Below are positions 27,998 to 38,757 of a DNA stretch of 64,000 nucleotides, piece after piece. Every line of letters starts with the position of its first letter. Position 1 is the stretch's first letter. Origin of the DNA: Escherichia coli (GTDB taxonomy: Bacteria > Pseudomonadota > Gammaproteobacteria > Enterobacterales > Enterobacteriaceae). The position numbers and the translations under genes are program-made. Where the stretch lies: NCBI RefSeq assembly GCF_046105845.1, contig NZ_CP151004.1; one strand, 5' to 3'. The notes under the pieces were generated by a model. The model was not told the origin of the DNA. It searched no databases and was given only the letters and a program-made list of their open reading frames with translations.

Positions 27998-29020
27998 TCA
28001 GAAAGTAATTACACCCTTAATCAACTCACGATTGTTAATCACATCGCGCTCGTAGGTTTCTGCCAGCGTGGCGAACGGATAGCGATGGGTTAACATCATG
28101 TCGGCAGTGATTTTCCCTTCCGCCATCAGTCGACCGACTTTAGCGAAATCTTCTGGCGTGGCGTTGCGGCTGCCCATCATCGTCGTTTCTTTTTTATGGA
28201 ATTCCGGATCGGAGAACTGCAACTCACCTTTAAACAGGCCGACAAATACCACCGTGCCGCCGTGACGAATCAGATTCACGGTGTTATTCATCGCATGTTG
28301 ATTACCTGTCGCGTCGATCACTTTCTGCGCCAGAGAACCACCAAACTGCGCCCGCAGCTGCGCGTCAAAATCTTCGGCTGACGGGTCCAGTACAGGTAAT
28401 TCCAGACGCGTTGCCACATGTTCACGGCGCGCCGGACTGGTATCCGCCACCACCACCTGTGCGCCATCGGCTTTAGCGATTGCCGCCGCGCCCAGACCGA
28501 TTGGCCCCGCCCCGACCACCAGCACCTGCTCGCCGGGAGCAATGGCTGCGCGACGCACCGCATGAGCGCTAATAGCGAAAGGTTCAATTAATGCTGCCGC
28601 CTGCGGGTCAATACCGTCTGCGGGCAAAATGTTCGCCACCGGCACGCTCAAATACTCACTAAAACCGCCATCCTGATGCACGCCAATGACTGAAATTTTT
28701 TCACAGCAATTGGTACGACCGCTTTTACATGCAGGGCATTGCTGACAGGCAACATAAGGGATCACAGCAACTTGCTGACCATTTTTAAGATCAGCAATAT
28801 TTTTACCCAGCCCAACAATCTCCCCACATATTTCATGGCCTAAAACACGTGGATAACTAAAAAATGGTTGATTTCCACCCCAGGCATGAATATCGGTACC
28901 GCAAATCCCGACAGACTTAATTTTTATTAATGCTTCATTGTCACCCGGAATAGGTATCTCGCGTTGTTTCCAGACTAATTCTTTCGGCTGCTGGCAAATT
29001 AAAACATTCATCGTAGACAT
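27998..29020 (-). CDS. lgoD: L-galactonate-5-dehydrogenase (Zn-dependent ADH family)
   Basis: 340 aa from ATG 29020 (GGAGAG SD), MSTMNVLICQQPKE...GICGTDIHAW...GHE. Confidence 0.85.
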   Translation of the reverse strand: MSTMNVLICQQPKELVWKQREIPIPGDNEALIKIKSVGICGTDIHAWGGNQPFFSYPRVLGHEICGEIVGLGKNIADLKNGQQVAVIPYVACQQCPACKSGRTNCCEKISVIGVHQDGGFSEYLSVPVANILPADGIDPQAAALIEPFAISAHAVRRAAIAPGEQVLVVGAGPIGLGAAAIAKADGAQVVVADTSPARREHVATRLELPVLDPSAEDFDAQLRAQFGGSLAQKVIDATGNQHAMNNTVNLIRHGGTVVFVGLFKGELQFSDPEFHKKETTMMGSRNATPEDFAKVGRLMAEGKITADMMLTHRYPFATLAETYERDVINNRELIKGVITF

Positions 29021-29158
29021 GATTCGGCTCTCCATTTTTTGTTGCCTTAGATATCAATGAAAATGAAAAATGGCAGCGGAACGGAAAATCTATTTTGTGA
29101 AAACACACGCATAAAAATGTTTTAAATCGGGTTTTAATGGACTCACAAGGAGGAAAAT

Positions 29159-30073
29159 ATGAGTCGTTCACAAAATTTACGCCACAATGTGATTAACCAG
29201 GTCATTGATGATATGGCGCGGGGTCATATCCCTTCCCCACTTCCATCGCAAAGTGCGCTGGCGGAAATGTACAACATCAGCCGCACTACAGTGCGTCATA
29301 TTCTCAGCCACTTACGCGAATGCGGCGTCTTAACGCAGGTTGGAAACGACTATGTTATTGCGCGTAAACCTGACCATGATGACGGTTTCGCCTGTACTAC
29401 CGCTTCAATGAGTGAACAAAACAAAGTGTTTGAGCAGGCTTTTTTCACGATGATAAACCAGCGCCAGTTACGCCCTGGGGAAACTTTTTCTGAACTGCAA
29501 CTGGCTCGGGCCGCGGGTGTCAGCCCGGTTGTAGTAAGAGAATATCTTTTAAAATTCGGCCGTTATAATCTTATTCAAAGCGAAAAGCGCGGCCAGTGGA
29601 GCATGAAGCAATTCGATCAATCCTACGCTGAGCAGCTGTTTGAGCTACGCGAAATGCTCGAAACTCATTCACTTCAGCACTTTCTCAACCTGCCTGATCA
29701 TGATCCTCGCTGGCTGCAGGCGAAAACCATGCTCGAACGTCATCGGCTACTGCGTGACAACATCGGCAATAGCTTTCGCATGTTCTCGCAACTTGACAGA
29801 GATTTTCACTCCTTACTGCTTTCAGCTGCCGACAATATCTTTTTTGATCAATCGCTTGAGATCATCTCAGTCATCTTTCATTTTCACTATCAATGGGACG
29901 AAAGCGATCTTAAACAGCGCAATATCATTGCCGTCGATGAGCATATGACCATTCTCAGCGCTCTGATTTGCCGCAGTGACCTTGATGCCACCCTTGCGCT
30001 CCGTAACCATTTGAATTCAGCTAAACAATCAATGATTCGATCCATTAATGAGAACACGCGTTATGCTCATTAA
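29159..30073 (+). CDS. lgoR: GntR-family regulator LgoR (YjjM)
   Basis: 304 aa with an N-terminal GntR wHTH (LPSQSALAEMYNISRTTVRHILSHL). Confidence 0.85.
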   Translation: MSRSQNLRHNVINQVIDDMARGHIPSPLPSQSALAEMYNISRTTVRHILSHLRECGVLTQVGNDYVIARKPDHDDGFACTTASMSEQNKVFEQAFFTMINQRQLRPGETFSELQLARAAGVSPVVVREYLLKFGRYNLIQSEKRGQWSMKQFDQSYAEQLFELREMLETHSLQHFLNLPDHDPRWLQAKTMLERHRLLRDNIGNSFRMFSQLDRDFHSLLLSAADNIFFDQSLEIISVIFHFHYQWDESDLKQRNIIAVDEHMTILSALICRSDLDATLALRNHLNSAKQSMIRSINENTRYAH

Positions 30074-30287
30074 GTACGGATTAAAAACAGCAAACTATTA
30101 GCGGGTGCACGGTTTTATCAAAAGATAAATACCGGGAAATTCCCGCTTACCTATGCTCACAATCAGTCGACTAAAAATGTTTTTGTGAGCGGTAGTAAAG
30201 TCCTAAAACTTTAACCTGCCGTTAATGTCAACCTTGCGTAATGCACAATTACGTAAACAATTAAAATTATAAATACAGGAGTCCGGC

Positions 30288-31649
30288 GTGGAAAAAGAAA
30301 ATATCACCCTCGATCCGCGTTCTTCATTTACTCCATCTTCGTCGGCAGATATTCCCGTGCCACCAGATGGATTAGTTCAACGCAGTACCCGAATTAAACG
30401 CATTCAAACCACCGCCATGTTGTTATTATTTTTTGCGGCGGTAATCAATTATCTCGACCGCAGTTCGCTGTCGGTAGCAAATTTAACGATTCGTGAAGAA
30501 TTGGGATTAAGTGCCACCGAAATCGGCGCTTTGCTCTCCGTGTTTTCACTCGCTTACGGGATTGCGCAACTTCCTTGCGGCCCACTATTGGATCGTAAAG
30601 GCCCACGCCTGATGCTGGGACTGGGGATGTTCTTCTGGTCACTGTTCCAGGCCATGTCTGGCATGGTGCACAGCTTTACGCAGTTCGTGTTGGTGCGTAT
30701 CGGTATGGGAATTGGTGAAGCGCCGATGAACCCATGCGGTGTAAAAGTCATTAACGACTGGTTCAACATCAAAGAGCGCGGACGCCCGATGGGCTTCTTC
30801 AACGCAGCTTCTACCATTGGCGTTGCCGTAAGCCCACCGATTCTGGCGGCGATGATGCTGGTGATGGGCTGGCGCGGGATGTTTATTACCATTGGTGTAC
30901 TGGGGATTTTTCTCGCCATCGGCTGGTATATGCTCTATCGCAACCGCGAGCACGTAGAACTGACTGCCGTTGAACAAGCTTATCTCAATGCAGGTAGCGT
31001 CAATGCCCGCCGAGATCCGCTCAGTTTTGCCGAATGGCGCAGCCTGTTCCGTAACCGCACAATGTGGGGAATGATGCTCGGATTCAGTGGCATCAACTAC
31101 ACTGCGTGGCTGTATCTGGCCTGGCTTCCTGGTTACCTGCAAACAGCCTATAACCTGGATTTAAAAAGCACAGGGTTGATGGCGGCTATCCCTTTCCTGT
31201 TTGGGGCTGCCGGGATGCTGGTCAACGGTTACGTTACTGACTGGCTGGTCAAAGGGGGAATGGCTCCGATTAAAAGCCGTAAGATCTGCATTATTGCCGG
31301 GATGTTCTGTTCTGCCGCCTTTACGCTGGTCGTACCGCAAGCGACAACATCCATGACGGCGGTTCTGCTGATTGGCATGGCACTGTTCTGTATTCACTTT
31401 GCCGGAACATCCTGCTGGGGCTTGATCCACGTCGCAGTTGCTTCTCGCATGACGGCATCGGTGGGCAGTATCCAGAACTTTGCCAGCTTCATCTGCGCCT
31501 CTTTCGCGCCGATCATTACTGGTTTTATTGTTGATACCACCCACTCATTCCGTCTGGCACTAATCATCTGCGGTTGCGTCACTGCAGCGGGGGCACTGGC
31601 GTACATCTTCCTGGTTCGTCAGCCGATCAACGACCCGCGTAAAGATTAA
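30288..31649 (+). CDS. lgoT: MFS L-galactonate:H+ symporter LgoT (YjjL)
   Basis: 453 aa with a GTG start after ACAGGAG. A 12-TM MFS pattern including DRKGPR. Confidence 0.85.
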   Translation: MEKENITLDPRSSFTPSSSADIPVPPDGLVQRSTRIKRIQTTAMLLLFFAAVINYLDRSSLSVANLTIREELGLSATEIGALLSVFSLAYGIAQLPCGPLLDRKGPRLMLGLGMFFWSLFQAMSGMVHSFTQFVLVRIGMGIGEAPMNPCGVKVINDWFNIKERGRPMGFFNAASTIGVAVSPPILAAMMLVMGWRGMFITIGVLGIFLAIGWYMLYRNREHVELTAVEQAYLNAGSVNARRDPLSFAEWRSLFRNRTMWGMMLGFSGINYTAWLYLAWLPGYLQTAYNLDLKSTGLMAAIPFLFGAAGMLVNGYVTDWLVKGGMAPIKSRKICIIAGMFCSAAFTLVVPQATTSMTAVLLIGMALFCIHFAGTSCWGLIHVAVASRMTASVGSIQNFASFICASFAPIITGFIVDTTHSFRLALIICGCVTAAGALAYIFLVRQPINDPRKD

Positions 31650-31656
31650 ACTCCCT

Positions 31657-31691
31657 ATGCCCGATAACATTTTGCTTATCGGGCATTTTTA
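31657..31691 (+). terminator. Intrinsic terminator between lgoT and tsr
   Basis: ATGCCCGATAA-cattttgc-TTATCGGGCAT followed by TTTTT. Confidence 0.75.
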
Positions 31692-31697
31692 TGGCGA

Positions 31698-33362
31698 TTA
31701 AAACGTTTCCCAATTCTCGCCGCTATCTGCCACGGCCATTTTACGCGGCGTAGCTGGCGTCACGGTTTTTACTACAGCCGATGTTTCACGCTGCTGTTGC
31801 TGCTGTTGCTGAATCCGGAACACTGCCACAGCTTCGGTCAGGCGACTGGCCTGCTCTTCCAGCGCGGCGGCGGCGGCGGCAGATTCTTCCACCAGCGCGG
31901 CGTTCTGTTGAGTTACCCGGTCCATCTCAGCAACCGCTAAGCCAACCTGATCGATACCACGGCTCTGCTCATCAGAAGCAGAAGCAATTTCGCCCATAAT
32001 GTCCGTCACGCGGGTCACGGCGCTGACAATCTCCGCCATTGTTTCCCCGGCGCTTTCGACCAGCGTAGAGCCAACATCCACTTTCCCCACCGAGTCTTCA
32101 ATCAGGCTTTTAATTTCACGAGCCGCCTGGGCGCTGCGCTGGGCCAGATTACGCACTTCTCCCGCGACCACCGCAAAACCGCGCCCTTGCTCACCCGCAC
32201 GCGCAGCCTCAACCGCGGCGTTCAAAGCCAGAATATTGGTCTGGAAGGCAATGCCGTCAATTACGCTGATAATATCGGCGATTTTCTGCGAACTGGTGGA
32301 GATATCGCGCATGGTCTGTACTACGTTATCCACCACTTTGCCGCCGCGTTGCGCCGTTTCAGAAGCACTTAACGCCAGATGGCTGGCCTGACGCGCATTC
32401 TCGGCGTTCTGTTTCACCGTTGCGGTCAGTTGCTCCATGCTGGCTGCCGTCTCTTCCAGCGAAGCGGCCTGTTGCTCGGTGCGCGAAGAGAGATCGTTAT
32501 TGCCGGTGGCGATTTCGCTGGCACCGCTATAAATGGCATTGGCCCCGTTGCGCACATCACCGACGGTACGCATCAGCTCTCCCTGCATATGGCGCAAACT
32601 CTCTGCCAGTTGCCCCATCTCATTAGAGCCATCCACCTCAATCGGTTTCACCAGATCGCCGCCTGCAATATGACGAATGCTGTCAATCAGGCGATTCATT
32701 GGCGCTACCAACGAGGCTTTAATACCGAACCAGACGGCGAAGATGACCGCCAGTACGACGATCATCACGCCCACCAGAATCCACATCGCCTGGCTGTAGG
32801 AGGCATTATTATCGCTGACGGCGATATCATAGAGCCGATCGTTTTGCTCCATGTAAGCCACATACTGCTTCTCGAAACCGTCCTGATATCCCTGGGTCGG
32901 CTGATCAAAGAACTCGTTGATTTTGCCTGCACCTAACAGTTGGATCAGCTCCGCCAGCGCATTGTGATAAATATCGTAATTACGTTTGATCTCTGACGCT
33001 GCGGCGGTGCTCTGACGCGGGTCACGCGGCAACGCTTCGTAATCCGCCCAGTTTTTTTCCGCCTGTTTCAGCGAAATACTGGCACTCTGCATTAGCTCAG
33101 CAACGGTTGAACCGCTACCAATATTATTCTGATCCATCATGTAGCGGATACCCGCGCGGTTGAGGGTGTTACGCGTCTGCAACAACGCAACCCAGCTGCC
33201 ATTCAGCGTGGATTGCTGCTGGCGAATGGTTTGTAAAACAGTGAAATTTTCTTTGTCATTCTTTAAGGCATTAAAGAACAGACCGCCTGATGTCAGTTGT
33301 AAAAGGCCAAAAACGGCCAAAACCAGCAGTAAGCTGGTCACAATTTTGATACGTTTTAACAT
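31698..33362 (-). CDS. tsr: Serine chemoreceptor Tsr (MCP-I), 554 aa with a 7-Gln run in the C-terminal linker
   Basis: The N-terminus is [23 protein letters not shown]. It has a HAMP domain, methylation helices and the highly conserved MCP hairpin, and ends with the NWETF pentapeptide. Confidence 0.95.
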   Translation of the reverse strand: MLKRIKIVTSLLLVLAVFGLLQLTSGGLFFNALKNDKENFTVLQTIRQQQSTLNGSWVALLQTRNTLNRAGIRYMMDQNNIGSGSTVAELMQSASISLKQAEKNWADYEALPRDPRQSTAAASEIKRNYDIYHNALAELIQLLGAGKINEFFDQPTQGYQDGFEKQYVAYMEQNDRLYDIAVSDNNASYSQAMWILVGVMIVVLAVIFAVWFGIKASLVAPMNRLIDSIRHIAGGDLVKPIEVDGSNEMGQLAESLRHMQGELMRTVGDVRNGANAIYSGASEIATGNNDLSSRTEQQAASLEETAASMEQLTATVKQNAENARQASHLALSASETAQRGGKVVDNVVQTMRDISTSSQKIADIISVIDGIAFQTNILALNAAVEAARAGEQGRGFAVVAGEVRNLAQRSAQAAREIKSLIEDSVGKVDVGSTLVESAGETMAEIVSAVTRVTDIMGEIASASDEQSRGIDQVGLAVAEMDRVTQQNAALVEESAAAAAALEEQASRLTEAVAVFRIQQQQQQQRETSAVVKTVTPATPRKMAVADSGENWETF

Positions 33363-33591
33363 GGTTTCTCTTTCCTGTGGACCGATGCAAGATTTTCGGC
33401 CTGGAAAGGAAAAACTTTATAGTCAACGTCATTATCACCGTCGAACATAATTCGTTTTGTTTCATTTTTGTACAAAACTAAGAGCGTCATGAATAAAAAA
33501 ATTAATCTTGTTTATTTATTTCACGCTATTTATCGCAATTTTGCACAATGATGCATCGTATGATGCGCGTTTTAAAGAAAGGATATCTGAT

Positions 33592-34134
33592 ATGTTAAAC
33601 CGTGATTTTGATCATCTATCAACCCTGCTCCATCTTTTTTTTGAGCGTGACGATATTTGCCAAAAGCTTAATATTATTGATCAAAACGAGATCACCGGGT
33701 GGGAAGTTTGGTTCCAGGTGGAGTTTGCTAATATGCTTTGCTCAACAGACCATGAATGGTGGCGTGAACAAACACTATCCTGTGATATGCGCAAAAAGCC
33801 CGAACGCCCCACCCTACGTACAGATTTTTTATTACGCAAAAAAGGCTGGGCACAAGATAGCTATATTGCGCTTGAAATTAAACAGAACAGAGATGCGACA
33901 AGTTGTGTTAAAAATATGATCGCAGACTTAGAGAAAAGCGCCAAAATTAAACGTTCTGAGCTTGATTTGCGTAGTTTCTGGACTTTAGGTATTACCCCGA
34001 TGATCGACAGAGAAAGACTGAACTCTCTCATCGACAGTTATTTAGATGAGAAATTCTATCTTACTAAATCTCGTAAAAAACACGTTTTACTTAAAGAAAT
34101 AAAAAATACACCATATTGCTATATTGTTATTTAA
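33592..34134 (+). CDS. AT-rich orphan protein (180 aa) with PD-(D/E)XK-like D...E-x-K motif
   Basis: ATG 33592 after AAGGA. The segment ...RTDFLLRKKGWAQDSYIALEIKQN... is at nt 33823-33882. It sits in the tsr-btsT intergenic region and is visibly AT-rich. Confidence 0.6.
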   Translation: MLNRDFDHLSTLLHLFFERDDICQKLNIIDQNEITGWEVWFQVEFANMLCSTDHEWWREQTLSCDMRKKPERPTLRTDFLLRKKGWAQDSYIALEIKQNRDATSCVKNMIADLEKSAKIKRSELDLRSFWTLGITPMIDRERLNSLIDSYLDEKFYLTKSRKKHVLLKEIKNTPYCYIVI

Positions 34135-34426
34135 CATTTATGGCATGAATATAATTTTTAGATGAGTAACACAACTGAGGGCTAAAACTCGCCTTGGTTG
34201 TGATCATCATCACATAAATAGCCTTCATAAACCTTGCTCAATACCGCTCAACCGCAAAACTGACCGCTTACGTCCCTAAAATAACCACTCAGTTATTTAC
34301 CTTACTTTACGCGCGCGTAACTCTGGCAACATCACTGCAGGATAGCGGTCAATTTACCTCCTCAAACGCAACGCAAACCTAGAACGGCTTCGGCCAACTA
34401 TTAATCAATACATGCCAGGTTTTACT

Positions 34427-36577
34427 ATGGATACTAAAAAGATATTCAAGCACATACCCTGGGTGATTCTCGGAATCATCGGTGCATTCTGCCTCGCGGT
34501 AGTTGCATTACGTCGGGGGGAGCACGTCAGCGCCCTGTGGATCGTGGTCGCCTCTGTGTCGGTGTATCTGGTGGCGTATCGCTACTACAGTCTGTACATC
34601 GCCCAGAAGGTGATGAAACTCGACCCCACGCGCGCGACGCCTGCGGTTATTAACAACGACGGTCTGAACTATGTTCCGACTAACCGTTACGTGTTGTTTG
34701 GTCACCACTTCGCCGCTATCGCCGGTGCTGGTCCGCTGGTTGGTCCGGTTCTCGCCGCGCAGATGGGCTACCTGCCTGGCACGCTGTGGCTGCTGGCGGG
34801 GGTAGTGCTGGCCGGTGCGGTACAGGACTTTATGGTGCTGTTTATCTCCTCTCGCCGTAACGGCGCATCTCTCGGTGAGATGATCAAAGAAGAGATGGGA
34901 CCAGTACCGGGGACTATCGCGCTGTTTGGCTGTTTCTTAATCATGATCATCATCCTCGCCGTCCTGGCGCTGATTGTGGTTAAAGCCCTGGCCGAAAGTC
35001 CGTGGGGTGTCTTCACCGTTTGCTCAACCGTACCGATTGCGCTGTTTATGGGTATCTACATGCGCTTTATCCGTCCGGGGCGTGTGGGTGAAGTCTCTGT
35101 CATTGGTATCGTGCTGCTGGTTGCCTCTATCTACTTCGGTGGCGTGATTGCTCACGATCCGTACTGGGGTCCGGCACTGACCTTTAAAGACACCACCATT
35201 ACCTTCGCGCTGATTGGCTATGCGTTTGTTTCCGCACTGCTGCCGGTGTGGCTGATCCTCGCACCGCGCGACTATCTGGCAACCTTCCTGAAAATCGGCG
35301 TTATCGTCGGCCTGGCGCTGGGTATCGTGGTGCTGAACCCGGAACTGAAAATGCCTGCGATGACCCAGTACATTGACGGTACTGGCCCGCTGTGGAAAGG
35401 CGCTCTGTTCCCGTTCCTGTTCATCACCATCGCCTGTGGTGCGGTATCTGGCTTCCACGCGCTGATCTCTTCCGGTACGACGCCGAAACTGCTGGCTAAC
35501 GAAACCGACGCGCGTTTCATTGGCTACGGCGCAATGCTGATGGAGTCCTTCGTGGCGATTATGGCGCTGGTTGCTGCGTCCATCATCGAACCGGGTCTTT
35601 ACTTCGCGATGAACACCCCGCCTGCTGGCCTTGGCATCACCATGCCTAACCTGCATGAAATGGGTGGCGAGAACGCGCCGATCATCATGGCGCAGCTGAA
35701 AGACGTTACCGCACACGCGGCAGCGACCGTCAGCTCCTGGGGCTTCGTGATTTCGCCAGAGCAGATCCTGCAAACCGCGAAAGACATTGGTGAGCCTTCT
35801 GTCCTGAACCGTGCAGGTGGTGCGCCGACGCTGGCGGTAGGTATCGCTCACGTGTTCCACAAAGTGCTGCCGATGGCTGACATGGGCTTCTGGTATCACT
35901 TCGGTATTCTGTTCGAAGCCCTGTTCATCCTGACCGCGCTGGATGCGGGTACCCGTTCTGGCCGCTTTATGCTGCAAGACCTGCTGGGTAACTTCATCCC
36001 GTTCCTGAAAAAAACCGACTCTCTGGTTGCCGGTATCATCGGTACTGCGGGCTGTGTGGGTCTGTGGGGCTACCTGCTGTATCAGGGCGTGGTCGATCCG
36101 CTGGGCGGCGTTAAGAGTCTGTGGCCGCTGTTCGGTATTTCCAACCAGATGCTGGCAGCCGTAGCGCTGGTACTGGGCACCGTTGTGCTGATTAAGATGA
36201 AGCGCACCCAATACATCTGGGTAACTGTTGTTCCGGCTGTATGGCTGCTTATCTGCACCACCTGGGCGCTGGGTCTGAAACTGTTCAGCACCAACCCGCA
36301 GATGGAAGGCTTCTTCTACATGGCAAGCCAGTACAAAGAGAAGATTGCTAACGGTACTGACCTGACGGCGCAGCAGATTGCCAACATGAACCACATCGTT
36401 GTGAATAACTACACCAACGCAGGTCTGAGTATTCTGTTCCTGATCGTGGTGTACAGCATCATCTTCTACGGTTTCAAAACCTGGCTTGCGGTGCGTAACA
36501 GCGACAAACGTACTGACAAAGAAACACCGTACGTTCCAATCCCGGAAGGCGGCGTGAAGATCTCTTCGCACCACTAA
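34427..36577 (+). CDS. btsT: Pyruvate:H+ symporter BtsT (YjiY, CstA family)
   Basis: 716 aa from ATG 34427, MDTKKIFKHIPWVILGIIGAF... A polytopic membrane protein. Confidence 0.9.
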   Translation: MDTKKIFKHIPWVILGIIGAFCLAVVALRRGEHVSALWIVVASVSVYLVAYRYYSLYIAQKVMKLDPTRATPAVINNDGLNYVPTNRYVLFGHHFAAIAGAGPLVGPVLAAQMGYLPGTLWLLAGVVLAGAVQDFMVLFISSRRNGASLGEMIKEEMGPVPGTIALFGCFLIMIIILAVLALIVVKALAESPWGVFTVCSTVPIALFMGIYMRFIRPGRVGEVSVIGIVLLVASIYFGGVIAHDPYWGPALTFKDTTITFALIGYAFVSALLPVWLILAPRDYLATFLKIGVIVGLALGIVVLNPELKMPAMTQYIDGTGPLWKGALFPFLFITIACGAVSGFHALISSGTTPKLLANETDARFIGYGAMLMESFVAIMALVAASIIEPGLYFAMNTPPAGLGITMPNLHEMGGENAPIIMAQLKDVTAHAAATVSSWGFVISPEQILQTAKDIGEPSVLNRAGGAPTLAVGIAHVFHKVLPMADMGFWYHFGILFEALFILTALDAGTRSGRFMLQDLLGNFIPFLKKTDSLVAGIIGTAGCVGLWGYLLYQGVVDPLGGVKSLWPLFGISNQMLAAVALVLGTVVLIKMKRTQYIWVTVVPAVWLLICTTWALGLKLFSTNPQMEGFFYMASQYKEKIANGTDLTAQQIANMNHIVVNNYTNAGLSILFLIVVYSIIFYGFKTWLAVRNSDKRTDKETPYVPIPEGGVKISSHH

Positions 36578-36586
36578 CCGTGTTTA

Positions 36587-36614
36587 GCCCCGCTTCGGCG
36601 GGGCTTTGTTCTTA
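36587..36614 (+). terminator. Intrinsic terminator after btsT
   Basis: AGCCCCGC-ttcg-GCGGGGCT followed by TTGTTCTT. Confidence 0.7.
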
Positions 36615-36626
36615 TCAGAGTGAACT

Positions 36627-36830
36627 ATGTTTGGTAACTTAGGACAGGCAAAAAAATATCTCGGCCAGGCGGCGAAGATGTTGATTGGCATTCCAGACTA
36701 CGACAACTACGTCGAGCATATGAAGACCAACCATCCCGACAAGCCGTACATGAGCTATGAAGAATTCTTCCGCGAACGCCAGAACGCGCGCTACGGCGGC
36801 GATGGTAAAGGCGGTATGCGCTGTTGTTAA
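36627..36830 (+). CDS. yjiX: YjiX (YbdD/YjiX small protein family)
   Basis: 67 aa, [52 protein letters not shown]... Confidence 0.85.
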
Positions 36831-36840
36831 TGGAGAGAGC

Positions 36841-37797
36841 ATGAACCCGATTGCAGTTACCCTACTCACCGGTTTTTTAGGCGCAGGAAAAACCACCCTG
36901 CTGCGCCATATTCTTAACGAACAGCACGGCTACAAGATTGCCGTAATTGAAAACGAATTTGGCGAAGTCTCTGTTGATGATCAACTGATTGGCGACCGCG
37001 CCACGCAGATCAAAACGCTGACCAACGGCTGCATCTGTTGTTCGCGCTCCAACGAGCTGGAGGACGCGCTACTCGACCTGCTGGACAATCTCGACAAGGG
37101 CAATATTCAGTTCGATCGTCTGGTTATTGAATGCACCGGCATGGCCGATCCCGGCCCGATTATTCAGACCTTTTTCTCCCATGAAGTTTTATGCCAGCGC
37201 TACCTGCTGGACGGGGTGATTGCACTGGTGGATGCGGTACATGCCGATGAGCAGATGAACCAGTTCACCATCGCCCAGTCACAGGTTGGCTACGCCGACC
37301 GCATTCTGCTGACCAAAACCGACGTCGCAGGTGAAGCAGAAAAACTGCGTGAACGCCTGGCGCGCATCAACGCCCGTGCACCGGTCTACACCGTTACCCA
37401 CGGCGATATCGACCTGGGCCTGCTATTCAACACCAACGGTTTTATGCTGGAAGAGAACGTGGTCAGCACCAAACCGCGTTTCCACTTTATCGCGGATAAA
37501 CAAAACGATATTTCGTCGATTGTGGTGGAACTGGATTACCCGGTAGATATCAGCGAAGTTTCTCGGGTGATGGAAAACCTGCTGCTGGAATCGGCAGATA
37601 AACTGCTGCGTTACAAAGGGATGCTGTGGATTGACGGCGAACCTAACCGCCTGCTGTTCCAGGGCGTTCAGCGCCTCTACAGCGCCGACTGGGACCGCCC
37701 GTGGGGCGATGAAAAACCGCATAGCACGATGGTGTTTATCGGGATTCAGCTGCCGGAGGAAGAGATTCGGGCAGCGTTTGCGGGGTTGAGGAAGTAA
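36841..37797 (+). CDS. yjiA: COG0523 GTPase / metal chaperone YjiA
   Basis: 318 aa from ATG 36841. MNPIAVTLLTGFLGAGKTTLL is the P-loop, and the CICC motif is present. Confidence 0.9.
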   Translation: MNPIAVTLLTGFLGAGKTTLLRHILNEQHGYKIAVIENEFGEVSVDDQLIGDRATQIKTLTNGCICCSRSNELEDALLDLLDNLDKGNIQFDRLVIECTGMADPGPIIQTFFSHEVLCQRYLLDGVIALVDAVHADEQMNQFTIAQSQVGYADRILLTKTDVAGEAEKLRERLARINARAPVYTVTHGDIDLGLLFNTNGFMLEENVVSTKPRFHFIADKQNDISSIVVELDYPVDISEVSRVMENLLLESADKLLRYKGMLWIDGEPNRLLFQGVQRLYSADWDRPWGDEKPHSTMVFIGIQLPEEEIRAAFAGLRK

Positions 37798-37805
37798 GGG
37801 GTTAT

Positions 37806-37835
37806 GGGCCGGATAAGGCGCAGCCGCATCTGGCC
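37806..37835. repeat. REP element
   Basis: GGGCCGGATAAGGCGCAGCCGCATCTGGCC, between yjiA and mrr. Confidence 0.6.
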
Positions 37836-37842
37836 TGATATT

Positions 37843-38757
37843 TCACTCAAAATAGTCCATATCCAGTTTCGGCACCTTCAACAAACGTGAAGAAACCCCT
37901 ACTTCGTTTTCGATCATTAAGTGCACCAGGCGTTCCCCATCAACCAGCACCATACCCTCGACGGATTGGGCAAAGTCACGCGCCTGAGAAGTAAACCCAG
38001 AAGTGGTAATAAACACCCCACGTTTCGCTTTTTGCCCAGCCAGTGCGCCGTAAAATGCCTGTAATTCTGGCCTGCCTACAGTATTCTGCCAACGTTTTGC
38101 CTGAACATAAACTTTCTCCAGGCCAAGTTTATCAAGCGATATCACACCATCGATGCCACCATCTCCAGTACCGCCAACACGCTGCAAATCATCACGGTGG
38201 CCGCCATACCCCAGGCGATGCAAAACATCCAGAACAATGACTTCAAAGCGCGAAGGAGAAACCTGCAATAAGTTTTCCAGAACCTCATCAGCCACCGCAT
38301 CACGAAGCTCTTTTAGCGCCTGATCTAACCGATCGTCCGGGCTGCTCTTTGCAAGTTCTTCATGATCGGGAGAGTCGGCTTTCGGATCTAAATCGACGGC
38401 ATCCGGCCGTGACTTAAGTTTGACATTCACAAAAGCGAAGGCCAGATGGTTCGTCTCCTGCTCCGTCATTGGCTGGGGATGAGACGCAACCCAGTCAAAA
38501 CCCGCAGGAGTCAGGCACCATTTGCCACGCGACAAACTTTGCGACAACCCGGCACGTTTTAAACGGTCATGCGCCCAGCCTGCACGATTTTTATAAACAA
38601 GTTGTCCGCTGGTAATGACTTTCGCTCGCTGGCTGTCATCCAGTCCTAATGCATCCGCGGCAGCCTCATGAACATCACGCGCGGCTGCACCTTCCGGTTT
38701 TGTCGCCAGATAACGCAGAACAGGTTCAATAAATTTGTCATAGGTTGGAACCGTCAT
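37843..38757 (-). CDS. mrr: Type IV methyl-dependent restriction endonuclease Mrr
   Basis: 304 aa, MTVPTYDKFIEPVLRYLATKPEGA... The C-terminal Mrr_cat segment is ...GGIDGVISLDKLGLEKVYVQAKRW (D..QxK). Confidence 0.9.
   Translation of the reverse strand: MTVPTYDKFIEPVLRYLATKPEGAAARDVHEAAADALGLDDSQRAKVITSGQLVYKNRAGWAHDRLKRAGLSQSLSRGKWCLTPAGFDWVASHPQPMTEQETNHLAFAFVNVKLKSRPDAVDLDPKADSPDHEELAKSSPDDRLDQALKELRDAVADEVLENLLQVSPSRFEVIVLDVLHRLGYGGHRDDLQRVGGTGDGGIDGVISLDKLGLEKVYVQAKRWQNTVGRPELQAFYGALAGQKAKRGVFITTSGFTSQARDFAQSVEGMVLVDGERLVHLMIENEVGVSSRLLKVPKLDMDYFE

Noticed and set aside
32379-32936. 185-codon plus-strand ORF inside tsr
   Set aside because: It is antisense to the highly conserved MCP signalling domain. 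It is a shadow ORF.
35024-36574. 516-codon minus-strand ORF
   Set aside because: It lies entirely antisense to btsT. It is Arg/His/Gln-rich and low-complexity, typical of a stop-free antisense frame of a GC-biased membrane-protein gene. It has no SD or promoter.
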